From Gammaproteobacteria bacterium (lineage in GTDB: Bacteria; Pseudomonadota; Gammaproteobacteria; Eutrophobiales; Eutrophobiaceae), in assembly GCA_965215365.1 (NCBI GenBank), contig CBDCDS010000003.1, forward strand, positions 2,368,001 through 2,432,000: a DNA stretch of 64,000 nucleotides. Direction: 5' to 3'. Below, piece after piece: positions 33,614 to 43,864 of this stretch. The position numbers and the translations under genes were made by a program. Every line of letters starts with the position of its first letter. The stretch's first letter is position 1. A model generated the notes under the pieces. The model did not search any database and was not told the origin of the DNA. It was given only the letters and a program-made list of their open reading frames with translations.

Positions 33614-35080
33614 TTACCCTGAGACAGCACGCTGGCGCGGTGCCACAATGCTCACCAGCGTGCCCTGGCCCTGTTGCACGTCAAAACTCAGGCTCCAGCC
33701 GTGGCTCTGGCAGATTTTGAAGGCGATGGGGATGCCGAGGCCGGTGCCGAAGCGTTTGGTGGAGGGGCCGGGTTCGAGGTTGCCCGATTGCGGCTGGAAC
33801 GGCAGACCGGGGCCCTCATCGCGGATGCCGATGGTGACGCTCTGCGTGTTCTCGGTGATCGTCAGTAACAACCCGGTGCCCACCGGCGAGGCATCGACTG
33901 CGTTGGCCAGCAGCCCGTAGAGCGCCTGCTCCATCAGGTCGGGATCCACGCTCAGGGCCAGCGGCGCTGCCCCGTAGTCCCGTTTGACATCCAGACGTTT
34001 TTCCGCAATTTTTGCCTGCAACAATTCCAACGCGGTATCCAGCAAGGTAGCCACGCTGACCTCCCGGAACACCGGCTTTAACGGATGCAGGTAAGACACC
34101 AGCGCGTTCACCCAACGCCCCAGGCGATCGATGGTATCGACGATGGCCTGTTTACCTTCTTTCAGTTCCGCCTCGTTATCCACATCGTCCAACACCTGGG
34201 CAGTCGCCCTGATACTGGCCAGAGGGTTGCGAATGTTGTGGGCGACGACGGGGATCAGGCTGCCCAGCGCGGCCTGCCGTTCATGTTCAACCAGGGCGTC
34301 GCGGCTGGTTTTCAACTCGCCGGCCATCTGGTTTATGGAAGCGGCCAGTTCCGCCACCTCCTGCACACCCTGTTCCGGGATCCGACGCGCTAACCGCCCC
34401 TGGCTGATCTGTGCAGCACCGGCCATGATCGCGGCCATGGGGCGCACGAAACTGTTGCGGATTACGCGACTGCTGAAGATCACGATCACCACCGCCAGCA
34501 GAAACAGCACCGGGATCAGCACGGGCGCGTAGCGCGTCCACAGGGCAATAGTCCGTTGCAGTGCCTGATGCTGCCCGGTATATAACGCTTTCAGCTCTAG
34601 GTACTTATTCTCAAATTCATTGAACATGTCCCCGGTATCGCGAAAATCCAGGATAAGCGGTCTTGAGCCTGCGTCTGCCTGGTCCGGTTGTTCGACAATC
34701 CGGTAAATGTCTATTTGTATCTTGCGGTAAGCCAGTTGCAACGCCTGTATCACCTCGTCTTCATCCCGAGTCAGAGACGTGCGCCGCAACTGGTTGAAAT
34801 GACGACCAATTCGCTTTGAATATTCATAATATACTTGCAGCGCTTCGGCGTCTCCCAACCAGCGCGCCCCGGATACTTCCTGCAGTTGCCGATACAACTC
34901 GCCGCGCAGCTGCTCACTTAAATAAATGGAATTGTTGATACGCACCGACGCCGCAGAGGTTTTCTGCCAGATATAAGCAGACACCCCGGTCAACAACCCG
35001 GTCACCGCCACCAGGAATAAAAAAGCCACCTCATGCACCAGCAACAGGCGACCGAGGGAACGTTTGTGCGCGCGGGTCAT
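33614..35080 (-). CDS. HAMP-domain sensor histidine kinase
   Basis: Two TMs, HAMP, VAHNIRNPL H-box, DEGPG and GTGLG G-boxes. Confidence 0.93.
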   Translation of the reverse strand: MTRAHKRSLGRLLLVHEVAFLFLVAVTGLLTGVSAYIWQKTSAASVRINNSIYLSEQLRGELYRQLQEVSGARWLGDAEALQVYYEYSKRIGRHFNQLRRTSLTRDEDEVIQALQLAYRKIQIDIYRIVEQPDQADAGSRPLILDFRDTGDMFNEFENKYLELKALYTGQHQALQRTIALWTRYAPVLIPVLFLLAVVIVIFSSRVIRNSFVRPMAAIMAGAAQISQGRLARRIPEQGVQEVAELAASINQMAGELKTSRDALVEHERQAALGSLIPVVAHNIRNPLASIRATAQVLDDVDNEAELKEGKQAIVDTIDRLGRWVNALVSYLHPLKPVFREVSVATLLDTALELLQAKIAEKRLDVKRDYGAAPLALSVDPDLMEQALYGLLANAVDASPVGTGLLLTITENTQSVTIGIRDEGPGLPFQPQSGNLEPGPSTKRFGTGLGIPIAFKICQSHGWSLSFDVQQGQGTLVSIVAPRQRAVSG

Positions 35081-37524
35081 TGCTGCATCTTATCATGCCA
35101 GAAACGCCGTTGCGCTTGCCGGTGTGCGGTCACTGTTATGCCCGTAACGTCCACCTTAACATGAATTGCTCCTCCCTGTGCGGTACTGAACAGCTGCACC
35201 CCACGTTCCCGATAGCGCGCCAGCACGTCCTCATGCGGCTGGCCGAAGCGGTTGCGGTAGCCGACCGGGAAAATGGCGATGGTCGGGGCAACCGTTGCCA
35301 CGAACTCTGGTGTTGATGAAGTCCTGCTACCGTGGTGCGGGACGACCAGCACCTTAGCTTGCAGGGCGGCGCCGTAGCGTTGCAACAGGTCTTGCTCGGC
35401 GCGCTGCTCTATGTCGCCAGACAGCAACAAGGTGTGTTGCCCGGCGCGCACCTGTAATACACAGGAACGGTCATTGGCGGACAGGTCCATGGCCGGCGGC
35501 GGGTGCAATACCCGGAATTCCACACCGTCCCAGCGCCAGGCTTGTCCGTCCTGACAGTGTGTCACTGGCTTATCCATAATGAACGGCAGTGCCGGCGCCG
35601 GCCGGGCTGTTGGCTGTGTCCGCCGTGCCATGCCGTCCAGGCCCACGCGCGCGCCCGCTGCGGGAGGCCGTAGCTGCGCCGCCGGAATCATTTCCGGCAC
35701 ACTGCTGATGACCTGTGCCACGGGGACTGCTTCCAGCACCGCCGGCAGGCCGCCGATGTGGTCGTTGTCGCCGTGACTTTGCACCAGCAAGTCCAGCGCG
35801 CCCACGCCGACACTGCGCAGGAACGGCGCTACCACCGCGGCGCCGGTGGTGAACCCGGAGGGAAAAGCCGGACCGGTATCGTACAGCAGGTTGTGGTTTT
35901 GCGTGCGCACCACCGCAGCGAGACCTTGCCCCACATCCAGTACATGCAACTCCACCGCGCCGAACCCCGGCCCCGGTTTGGCGGGGAAAAACAGCGGAGC
36001 CAGCCACACCAGTCCCAGCCACCGGGGCGCGCTGCCGCGCGGCAACAACAGGATCAGGACACCGATGCCAATCACCATCAGGGTCAACAGGTCCGGCTGA
36101 GCGACGGCAAGCAGCCGGAAGTCCCAAGCGGCAATAACTTCCAGCACCCGCCAGAGCACATGCAGAGACAGCAGGGCAAGTTGCAGCAACCAGTCTATCC
36201 CGACCAGCAACAACAGGCAGCCACCAAGCACTAGGGGTATCACGATGAAACTGACCCAGGGCACTGCAAACAGGTTTGCCGGCAGGCTGAACACCGGTAA
36301 CTGCTGGTAATACCAGGCCAACGCCGGTATCAGGCCCAGGGTGACGATGTATTGCACCCGGCCCCATTCCCGCAGGCGCCGTTGCGACAAGTGCACGCGG
36401 TAGCCGATACCGTAAAATATCACCGCCACCGCGCCGAAGGACAGCCAGAAACTCGCGGCCATGGCCGCAAACGGGTCCAGTATCAGCGCCGCCAACAGCG
36501 CCAGCCCCAGCACCTCGCCCAACGGCGCCGTGCGGTTGCACAGTTTCATGCCGAAATATACCCACAGCATGACCAGCGCGCGTTGGGTGGGGAGCGCAAA
36601 GCCAGCCAGCAGCGCGTAGCCCAGCGCCGCCAGCATGGCGCAGATTGCCGCCACCCGGATGGCCGGCGCCCGGCTTAGCCCCCGCCCCGGCATCCAACCC
36701 GGCAGGCCGGACGCGTACGCCTGCAACCCGCCCCAGCACTTCAACATGAGCAGGTACACCAGACCCGCCACCAGGCCGATATGCAGGCCGGAGATAGCTA
36801 TCAGGTGATTGGTACCGGTGGCGCTTAACGTGTCCCATTGTGCCGCGCTCAAGCCGCTACGGTCGCCAACCGCCAACGCCGGCACGAGGCCGGCCAGCGG
36901 CTCGCTCCCCAACGCCTGCCGCAGCCGTTCCCTGAGATGATAGCGCAATGCTGCGGGGCTGAAGCGGGCGGCGGCGCGCAGCCGCATATTATCCTCGCTC
37001 ACCACCACGTAGCCCGTTGCCCGCAAGCGGTTCTGGAACAGCCAGGCCTCATAATCAAAACCGCCGGGATTCATATACCCATGCGGCCGTTTCAGCCTGA
37101 CCTTGAGCCGCCAGCGCTCGCCGGGGCGCAACGGTTGGGCCTGGTCATACCAGCTCAACCTGACTAATCCCGGGTCGGATGTAATGGGCCGCCCGTAGTG
37201 ATGCAGGCGGTCGATACGGAAATTAAAGCGTAGCGCGCGCACATCCGCCTGCGGCAATGACGTTACCACGCCTTCGACAAACAGCGACTTGCCCTCGTCC
37301 TCGGGCAACAGTTCCCGCGGCAACAGCAGGTGTGCATGGAGCAGTGCCCACAGCAACCCGCCGAGCAGACAGACTGGCAGCCAGAGCGGGAATTTACCGC
37401 GACGCCAGCGCCAGCCCAGCCAGATCACCAGCGGTAACCCCGCCACAACCCAGAGCGGCGGCAACACGGGAACGCGGAAACAGGCGACAACGCCGAGCAG
37501 AAATGACAGTCCCTTGAAGAGCAT
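35077..37524 (-). CDS. comEC: DNA internalization competence protein ComEC/Rec2
   Basis: NPGGFDYE, HLIAISGLHIG, LDVGQG, SHGDNDHIGG, PHHGSRTSS. Confidence 0.95.
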   Translation of the reverse strand: MLFKGLSFLLGVVACFRVPVLPPLWVVAGLPLVIWLGWRWRRGKFPLWLPVCLLGGLLWALLHAHLLLPRELLPEDEGKSLFVEGVVTSLPQADVRALRFNFRIDRLHHYGRPITSDPGLVRLSWYDQAQPLRPGERWRLKVRLKRPHGYMNPGGFDYEAWLFQNRLRATGYVVVSEDNMRLRAAARFSPAALRYHLRERLRQALGSEPLAGLVPALAVGDRSGLSAAQWDTLSATGTNHLIAISGLHIGLVAGLVYLLMLKCWGGLQAYASGLPGWMPGRGLSRAPAIRVAAICAMLAALGYALLAGFALPTQRALVMLWVYFGMKLCNRTAPLGEVLGLALLAALILDPFAAMAASFWLSFGAVAVIFYGIGYRVHLSQRRLREWGRVQYIVTLGLIPALAWYYQQLPVFSLPANLFAVPWVSFIVIPLVLGGCLLLLVGIDWLLQLALLSLHVLWRVLEVIAAWDFRLLAVAQPDLLTLMVIGIGVLILLLPRGSAPRWLGLVWLAPLFFPAKPGPGFGAVELHVLDVGQGLAAVVRTQNHNLLYDTGPAFPSGFTTGAAVVAPFLRSVGVGALDLLVQSHGDNDHIGGLPAVLEAVPVAQVISSVPEMIPAAQLRPPAAGARVGLDGMARRTQPTARPAPALPFIMDKPVTHCQDGQAWRWDGVEFRVLHPPPAMDLSANDRSCVLQVRAGQHTLLLSGDIEQRAEQDLLQRYGAALQAKVLVVPHHGSRTSSTPEFVATVAPTIAIFPVGYRNRFGQPHEDVLARYRERGVQLFSTAQGGAIHVKVDVTGITVTAHRQAQRRFWHDKMQQ

Positions 37525-37538
37525 GATCCTTCAGGTTT

Positions 37539-38231
37539 TCAGTTAACCCGCCTGATTCCCAGCCTCCCCTCACTCAACTCATACACCTTATCCAGTCGCT
37601 GCAGCAGGCGGGTGTTGTGGGTCACCATCACCAGGCTGATGCCGTGGGTCTTGTTCAGCTCCAACATCAGTGAGAAGACCCGCTCGGCAGTCTGTTCGTC
37701 CAGGTTACCGGTGGGCTCGTCCGCCAGTACGCAGCGCGGGCGGGTCACCAGTGCCCGGGCAATGGCGGCGCGTTGTCGCTCGCCGCCGGACAATTCCCCC
37801 GGTTTGTGTTGCAGGCGTGCGGCCAGCCCCACTTGTTGCAGTATATCCGTGGCCGCGGCGGCGGCGGTTGGTGGCGCCTCCCCGCGCACCAGCAATGGCA
37901 ACGCCACGTTCTCCAGCGCGGTAAACTCCGCCAGCAGATGGTGGAATTGATAGACAAACCCCAAGGTCCGGTTGCGCTGGCGACCGACCTCCGCCTCGGA
38001 CAGCGTCGCCAGCACCACCCCATCCAGCGTTACTGTCCCGGCACTGGTTTTATCCAGCCCGCCCAGCAGGTGCAGCAAGGTGCTCTTGCCGGAACCGGAC
38101 GAACCGACAATACCAATACAGGCGCCGGCTTCCACTTTCAGCTCAATGCCTTTTAATACCTCCACATGCAGGTTGCCCTGGCTGAAGGTCTTGCGCAGGC
38201 CGGAACAGGCCAGGGTAATGGGATTACTCAT
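37539..38231 (-). CDS. lolD: Lipoprotein-releasing ABC transporter ATP-binding protein
   Basis: Start placed at ATG 38231; [35 protein letters not shown]. Confidence 0.95.
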   Translation of the reverse strand: MSNPITLACSGLRKTFSQGNLHVEVLKGIELKVEAGACIGIVGSSGSGKSTLLHLLGGLDKTSAGTVTLDGVVLATLSEAEVGRQRNRTLGFVYQFHHLLAEFTALENVALPLLVRGEAPPTAAAAATDILQQVGLAARLQHKPGELSGGERQRAAIARALVTRPRCVLADEPTGNLDEQTAERVFSLMLELNKTHGISLVMVTHNTRLLQRLDKVYELSEGRLGIRRVN

Positions 38232-39483
38232 GACGCAATGCCTCCGCCGGGCGCGTGCGGGCCGCGCGCCAGGCCGGGTACAGGGTCGCCAGCAGCGCAC
38301 ATGCAAATGCCGCGCCGGCAATCACGGCGACATCCGTCCAGTACAGGTCGGAAGGTAATTCACTGATAAAATACACCTCCGGCGCGAGGAATTGTACTTG
38401 CAGGTAATGTTCCAGCGCCGCCACAATCGTGTCGATGTTAAGCGCCAGACCGACGCCGCCGGCGACGCCCAGCAGCGCGCCGGCGCCGCCCAGCGCCGCA
38501 CCCTGGATGATAAAGATCTGCATGATGTCCGCGGGCGCCGCGCCCAGAGTGCGTAATACCGCAATATCCGCTTGTTTGTCTGTGACCATCATCATCAGGG
38601 TGGAAATGATATTAAATGCCGCCACGGCAACGATCAGGACCAGGATGACAAACATCATCTTCTTGGTCATTTGAATCGAGTGAAAGTAATTCACATGCCG
38701 TTGCGTCCAGTCGATGATACCGAGGCGCTCGACCAGGTGTCCGGGCAGGTCGCGGAACGCCTCCCGGCTGAGGCGCGGCGCCTGCCGCGCGTCTGTAGTC
38801 TTCAGGCGCAGGCCGGTGGCGCCGCCGGTGCGAAAAAACCGGGCCGCATCGTCCAGATGGATAAACACGACGGCGCTGTCGAACTCGTACATATCGGTGT
38901 CATAGACCCCCACCACAGTAAAGCGCTTGAGTCTGGGCAGGATGCCGGCGGGCGTTATTCTTGCCGTCGGCGCGACCAGCGTCACCTTGTCGCCCGGCTG
39001 TGCCTGCAGCCGCGCCAGCAGGTCTGCGCCCAGGATGATCCCGTACTCTCCCGGCGCCAGCGCAACCAGCTCCCCGGCGATCATTTTCTCCGCCAAAAAC
39101 GACACCTGCGCTTCCGTTTGCGGCAAAATCCCGCGCGCCATCACCCCTTTCATCTGTTCCTTGAATGTCACCATACCGGTCGCTTCCACGTAAGGCGAAA
39201 CGCCTGTGATGTCCTCATGTTGTTGCGCCAGGGCTGCGAGCTCCTGCCAGTGTGCAAGCGCATCGTCGTAACCGATGACTACCGCTTCGGCCTCCATGCC
39301 GACCAGGTGTTCGGTCAGCACTCGCTCAAACCCATTGACCACGGACAATACTGTGATGAGCACGATGACCCCCAAGGCAATGCCCAGCGTCGCCAGCAGG
39401 GAAATAAACGAGATAAACCGGTTGCGACGCTTCGACATCACGTAGCGCAACCCGATAAAGCTGCGGTAAGACCCCGCCCTCAT
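38224..39483 (-). CDS. lolE: Lipoprotein-releasing ABC transporter permease LolC/E
   Basis: FISFIS...[26 protein letters not shown]; second paralog. Confidence 0.85.
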   Translation of the reverse strand: MRAGSYRSFIGLRYVMSKRRNRFISFISLLATLGIALGVIVLITVLSVVNGFERVLTEHLVGMEAEAVVIGYDDALAHWQELAALAQQHEDITGVSPYVEATGMVTFKEQMKGVMARGILPQTEAQVSFLAEKMIAGELVALAPGEYGIILGADLLARLQAQPGDKVTLVAPTARITPAGILPRLKRFTVVGVYDTDMYEFDSAVVFIHLDDAARFFRTGGATGLRLKTTDARQAPRLSREAFRDLPGHLVERLGIIDWTQRHVNYFHSIQMTKKMMFVILVLIVAVAAFNIISTLMMMVTDKQADIAVLRTLGAAPADIMQIFIIQGAALGGAGALLGVAGGVGLALNIDTIVAALEHYLQVQFLAPEVYFISELPSDLYWTDVAVIAGAAFACALLATLYPAWRAARTRPAEALRHE

Positions 39484-39501
39484 TGCTCACGCCCGACCAT
39501 T

Positions 39502-40746
39502 TTACTCATATCTGAGCGCCGTCGCCGGCTGTACTTGCGCGGCGCGCCAGGCCGGATAAATCGTGGCGGCCACGGCCAGCAGCAAGGCCAGCGCCACGGT
39601 CACGCCCACATCTTGCCAGCGCAATTCGGCGGGCAGCTCGCTGATGTAATACACGTCCGGTGAAAACAGCCTGACGTTCAGTAACTGTTCCGCCGCCAGC
39701 ATGATGGCGTTGATGTTTTGCGCCAGCCACACCCCGCCCAGCGCCCCCAGCATGATCCCAGCCAGACCGATCACCGCGCCCTGGATGATGAAGATCTGCA
39801 TAATAGCGCGCGGCGTAGCGCCCAGCGTGCGCAACACGGCAATATCCGCCTGCTTGTCGGTCACCACCATCATCAGGGTGGCAATCACGTTGAAGGCCGC
39901 CACCGCAATGATCAACATGAGAATGACCGTCATCACCTGCTTCTCGGTCTTCAGCGCGCGGAAAAACAGCGCATGACGGCGGGTCCAGTCAACCACCTCA
40001 TACTGCTCTGGCAACGCCTGCACAGCCGCCCTGCCGAGCGCCGGCGCCTGCATCACGTCGGCAGTTTTCAGCCTGAGCCCGGCCGGACCCGGCCGGTTGA
40101 ACAACAACAAGGCATCGTCTAGGTGCAGCAACGCCAGACCGCTGTCGAACTCGTGCATGCCGGCGCTGAAAATGCCGACTACGGTAAACCGCTGCAAACG
40201 TGGCAGGAAACCCGCGCCACCACCACCGATCCGGGGCGCAACCAGAGTAATGGTGTCACCGACCATGACTCGCAGTTTGTGCGCCGCCTCAGCGCCGATG
40301 ATCATGCCAAACCCGCCCGGCTTCAGCGCAAAGAACTCGCCCGCTTCCATCTTTTCCGCAACCAGGGACACGGTGGTTTCCGCCGCCGGGTCAATACCGC
40401 GCAACGCCACCCCATGCACACGCTGCTCGTGCACCAGCATCCCTTCCGCTCGAAAATACGGCGCCACCCCGACGATGCCCTCGCCCTGCGCCAGGGTCGC
40501 AGCCACTGTACGCCAATCACTGAGGGCGCTGTCGTTGCTGATGACTTCGACATGGGACGCCATGCCCAGGATACGCCCGGTGAGTTCCTGCTGAAACCCG
40601 TTCATCACCGATAACACAGTAATCAGCGCCAGCACCCCGATGGCAATGCCCAGCATGGATACCAGCGATATGAACGAAATAAAATGGTGGCGCCGCCGGG
40701 CCCTGAGGTAACGCAGTCCAATAAAGGCTTGGAAGGGGTTGAACAT
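39502..40746 (-). CDS. lolC: Lipoprotein-releasing ABC transporter permease LolC/E
   Basis: Start placed at ATG 40746 (MFNPFQAFIGLRY); same motifs as the neighbour. The C versus E assignment is positional only. Confidence 0.85.
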   Translation of the reverse strand: MFNPFQAFIGLRYLRARRRHHFISFISLVSMLGIAIGVLALITVLSVMNGFQQELTGRILGMASHVEVISNDSALSDWRTVAATLAQGEGIVGVAPYFRAEGMLVHEQRVHGVALRGIDPAAETTVSLVAEKMEAGEFFALKPGGFGMIIGAEAAHKLRVMVGDTITLVAPRIGGGGAGFLPRLQRFTVVGIFSAGMHEFDSGLALLHLDDALLLFNRPGPAGLRLKTADVMQAPALGRAAVQALPEQYEVVDWTRRHALFFRALKTEKQVMTVILMLIIAVAAFNVIATLMMVVTDKQADIAVLRTLGATPRAIMQIFIIQGAVIGLAGIMLGALGGVWLAQNINAIMLAAEQLLNVRLFSPDVYYISELPAELRWQDVGVTVALALLLAVAATIYPAWRAAQVQPATALRYE

Positions 40747-40812
40747 GCGTTTAGTATAACCGTATCGGGTAGGGGTCAAGGAAAAAAAGAGAATAGACTA
40801 TAATAGTCAACC

Positions 40813-41553
40813 ATGAACATCCTCGCGCTGGATACCGCCACGGAAGCCTGCTCTGCGGCCCTGCTGTCAGGACCTGCCGTGCACGAACGCCACGAAGTCG
40901 CGCCGCGCCGCCATGCGGAGTTGATCCTGCCCATGGTGGATGCCGTGCTGGCAGACGCCGGACTGAAGCTGAACGATCTTGACGCCATTGCCTTCGGTCG
41001 GGGGCCCGGGGCCTTCACCGGCGTGCGCATCGCAGCCGCAGTAACCCAGGGCCTGGCCACCGGCGCCGGCCTGCCGGTACTGCCTGTTTCCTCGCTGGCC
41101 GCGCTGGCACAAGGGGCGCTGAACAATGCCGCAGCCGCCAGACTTGCAGGCCCACCCACCGCACCCGGGCCGGCGCTACCCCACACCACACCCGGTCAGG
41201 ACACTATCGTGCTGGCCGCTATCGACGCGCGCATGGGGGAAATATACTGGAGCCTGTACGAACCCGACGCAGACGGCCTGGCAACGCCGCTAGCCGCGGA
41301 ACAGGTCACCGCGCCGGCGGCGCTGAAGGCACCCGGCGACCGGCAAATTTTCGCCATCGGCAGTGGCTGGAAGACTTACTGCGAGCCGCTGCAACGCATT
41401 CTGTCAGAGCGAGTCACCGGCGCCGACCCGGAGCGCTTGCCGCTGGCAAAGGACCTGCTGCCGTTGGCAGCAAGAGAGTACCACGCCGGCCGCAGCGTCA
41501 ATGCAGAACAGGCGTTACCTGTTTACCTGCGGGACAAGGTGGTGAGCGGTTGA
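40813..41553 (+). CDS. tsaB: t6A biosynthesis protein TsaB
   Basis: MNILALDTATEACSAAL, GRGPGAFTGVRI, IDARMGEIY, PVYLR. Confidence 0.96.
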   Translation: MNILALDTATEACSAALLSGPAVHERHEVAPRRHAELILPMVDAVLADAGLKLNDLDAIAFGRGPGAFTGVRIAAAVTQGLATGAGLPVLPVSSLAALAQGALNNAAAARLAGPPTAPGPALPHTTPGQDTIVLAAIDARMGEIYWSLYEPDADGLATPLAAEQVTAPAALKAPGDRQIFAIGSGWKTYCEPLQRILSERVTGADPERLPLAKDLLPLAAREYHAGRSVNAEQALPVYLRDKVVSG

Positions 41554-41630
41554 CGCATTTTGTGGTGTTTTCCAGAGCCCGAACCAGGCGGCATTCCCGT
41601 TCATGCGGGGCGCGCTGCAGGTGTGAGCCC

Positions 41631-42011
41631 TCAAAGTTCCTTCACAAACTCCAGATAAACGTCTTCATCCATAAACTGCTCCAGTTCGCCCGCATCATCA
41701 GGCACTATTTTGAAAAACCAACCGCTGTTCATGGGGTCGAAATTGACTGCTTCGGGCTTGTCTGCCAGGGCGCCATTTACTGCCAGCACTTCGCCATTGA
41801 TGGCCGCCTTGATCTCGCCGGCGGCCTTGACTGATTCGATGACCGCGGCGTCACTGCCAGCGCTTAGAATTTCGCCTGCGTTGGGTAACTCGACATAGAC
41901 TACATCGCCCAGCTGCTCCTGGGCGTAATCAGTGATACCGACCGTCACTGACCCGTCATCTTCCAGCCGCAGCCACTCATGCTCTTCGGTAAACTTGACA
42001 GTACCACTCAT
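41631..42011 (-). CDS. gcvH: Glycine cleavage system H protein
   Basis: HEW, VGITDYAQEQLGDVVYVELP, IESVKAA lipoyl-lysine motif. Confidence 0.96.
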   Translation of the reverse strand: MSGTVKFTEEHEWLRLEDDGSVTVGITDYAQEQLGDVVYVELPNAGEILSAGSDAAVIESVKAAGEIKAAINGEVLAVNGALADKPEAVNFDPMNSGWFFKIVPDDAGELEQFMDEDVYLEFVKEL

Positions 42012-42225
42012 GCGACAATCTCCTCGTTGAACTGTGTTATGACCACCTGTAAAAATCAGCGGCGTGCTTTTTCGCTATTTTGACGTATAACCCCGGTGGA
42101 TACAATAATTAAAACGTACTCAGCCTGGCCAATGTACCAGACGCAGCACGCAGCACGCCCGGATGCTGACAAGGCAGTTCAATTTGCTGTAGCATAGTGT
42201 TAACCACAAAGTCAGAGGTGACAAG

Positions 42226-42432
42226 ATGACTACAGATACCATCACACTTGCAGAAGAACTGGAATCCTCCGGACTGGATACGGCTCCGGCCAAAAGAATT
42301 GCCAAAGCGATTCATGAGCATCAATCTGAGCATTTTGCCACAAAAGCGGACCTGGCAGAGTTAAAAATCTCGTTAATGATCTGGAACGCCGTGCTGGCGG
42401 GGCTGGTTGTAGCTCTGATTAAACTTATCTGA
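42226..42432 (+). CDS. Minimal DUF1640/CCDC90-like protein (68 aa)
   Basis: DTITLAEELESSG head, FATKADL neck, C-terminal TM; GAGGTG SD. Confidence 0.75.
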   Translation: MTTDTITLAEELESSGLDTAPAKRIAKAIHEHQSEHFATKADLAELKISLMIWNAVLAGLVVALIKLI

Positions 42433-42451
42433 GTCTCCCCATCTTCCGGCT

Positions 42452-43825
42452 ATGCGAGTCAACTCCCTGCTCAATGCCACCGCTCCGGTGCAGGATGTGG
42501 AAGTATCCGGCTGGGTCAGGACCAAACGGGATGCGAAGGACTTTTCCTTTATTGAGCTGAACGATGGCTCCTGTCTGGCCAATATTCAGGTCATTGCCGA
42601 GGCGCGGCCGGAGCATTACGAGGCGCTCAGGCACATCGGCACCGGCGCTGCGGTCAAGGTGCGAGGTGACCTGGTGGAGTCGCCGGGGCAGGGGCAGCAG
42701 TGGGAGCTGAGGGCTAGCGCGCTGGCGATCATCGGCGCCGCGCCGGAGGACTATCCGCTACAAAAAAAACGGCATTCCGACGAGTTCCTGCGCGGCATTG
42801 CCCATCTGCGCCCGCGCACCAACAAGTACGGCGCGCTGTTTCGCATCCGCTCGCAGCTGGCGCACGCCATTCACAGCTTCTTGCAGGCGCGCGGCTTTAA
42901 CTGGATTCACACGCCTATCATCACCGGCGCTGACTGCGAAGGCGCCGGGGAACTGTTCAAGGTGACGGCGCTGGACCTGGAGCAGGTGTCACAGCAGGCC
43001 GGCAAGACGGACTTCAGCCGGGATTTCTTTGGCAAGGAGGCGAACCTGACGGTATCGGGGCAACTGGAGGTAGAGGCGTACTGCCTGAGCCTGGGGCGGG
43101 TATATACCTTCGGCCCGACGTTTCGCGCCGAGAACTCCAACACCTCGCGCCACGCCGCCGAGTTCTGGATGATCGAACCGGAAATGGCATTTTCCGACCT
43201 GAATGACAACATGGACTTGAGCGAGGCAATGATCCGCCACTTGGTGAACTTTGTGCGGGAAGAATGCCGCGCCGACCTGAACCTGTTCTGCCGCTTCGTG
43301 GACCAATCCCTGCCGGCCACGCTGGATAACATCGCCGATAACGACTTCGTGCGCCTGCCATACACGGAGGCTGTGGAGATCCTGCAACAAGCCGGGCGCA
43401 GCTTCGAGTTCACCCCGGCCTGGGGCAAGGACCTGCAATCCGAACACGAGCGCTTTCTGACCGAGCAGCACTTCAAGCGACCGGTGATCGTATATGATTA
43501 CCCAAAGGACATCAAGGCGTTCTACATGCGCGGCAACGATGACGGCCGCACGGTGGCGGCCATGGATGTGCTGGCGCCCGCCATCGGCGAGATCATCGGT
43601 GGCAGCCAGCGCGAAGAGCGTTATGACCACCTGCAACAACGCCTGCGGGAACTGGGCTTGGACCCTGCCGATTACTGGTGGTATCTGGACTTGCGCAAAT
43701 ACGGCAGCGTCCCCCACAGTGGCTTTGGCCTGGGCTTCGAGCGGCTGCTGATGCTGCTCACCGGCGTCAGCAACATTCGTGACGTCATCCCATTCCCGCG
43801 CACGCCCGGTAATCTGGAGTTTTGA
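42452..43825 (+). CDS. asnS: Asparagine--tRNA ligase
   Basis: GWVRTKR, LTVSGQL, FGPTFRAENSNTSRHAAEFWMIEPE, PHSGFGLGFERL. Confidence 0.97.
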   Translation: MRVNSLLNATAPVQDVEVSGWVRTKRDAKDFSFIELNDGSCLANIQVIAEARPEHYEALRHIGTGAAVKVRGDLVESPGQGQQWELRASALAIIGAAPEDYPLQKKRHSDEFLRGIAHLRPRTNKYGALFRIRSQLAHAIHSFLQARGFNWIHTPIITGADCEGAGELFKVTALDLEQVSQQAGKTDFSRDFFGKEANLTVSGQLEVEAYCLSLGRVYTFGPTFRAENSNTSRHAAEFWMIEPEMAFSDLNDNMDLSEAMIRHLVNFVREECRADLNLFCRFVDQSLPATLDNIADNDFVRLPYTEAVEILQQAGRSFEFTPAWGKDLQSEHERFLTEQHFKRPVIVYDYPKDIKAFYMRGNDDGRTVAAMDVLAPAIGEIIGGSQREERYDHLQQRLRELGLDPADYWWYLDLRKYGSVPHSGFGLGFERLLMLLTGVSNIRDVIPFPRTPGNLEF

Positions 43826-43864
43826 GGGTCAGCAGGGATGGACAGGCGCTGTAGCCGGCGCCAT

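Noticed and set aside
37543-37551. ttaacccgc at the lolD 3' end as another MITE terminus
   Set aside because: Only 9 nt match and it lies in coding sequence; compatible with chance.
41596-41612. cattcccgttcatgcgggg as a second REP/dRS3 copy
   Set aside because: Too degenerate compared with 4675-4701.
42452-43825. Functional link between asnS and the poly-Asn adhesin
   Set aside because: About 30 kb apart and asnS is housekeeping; no sequence evidence for a link.
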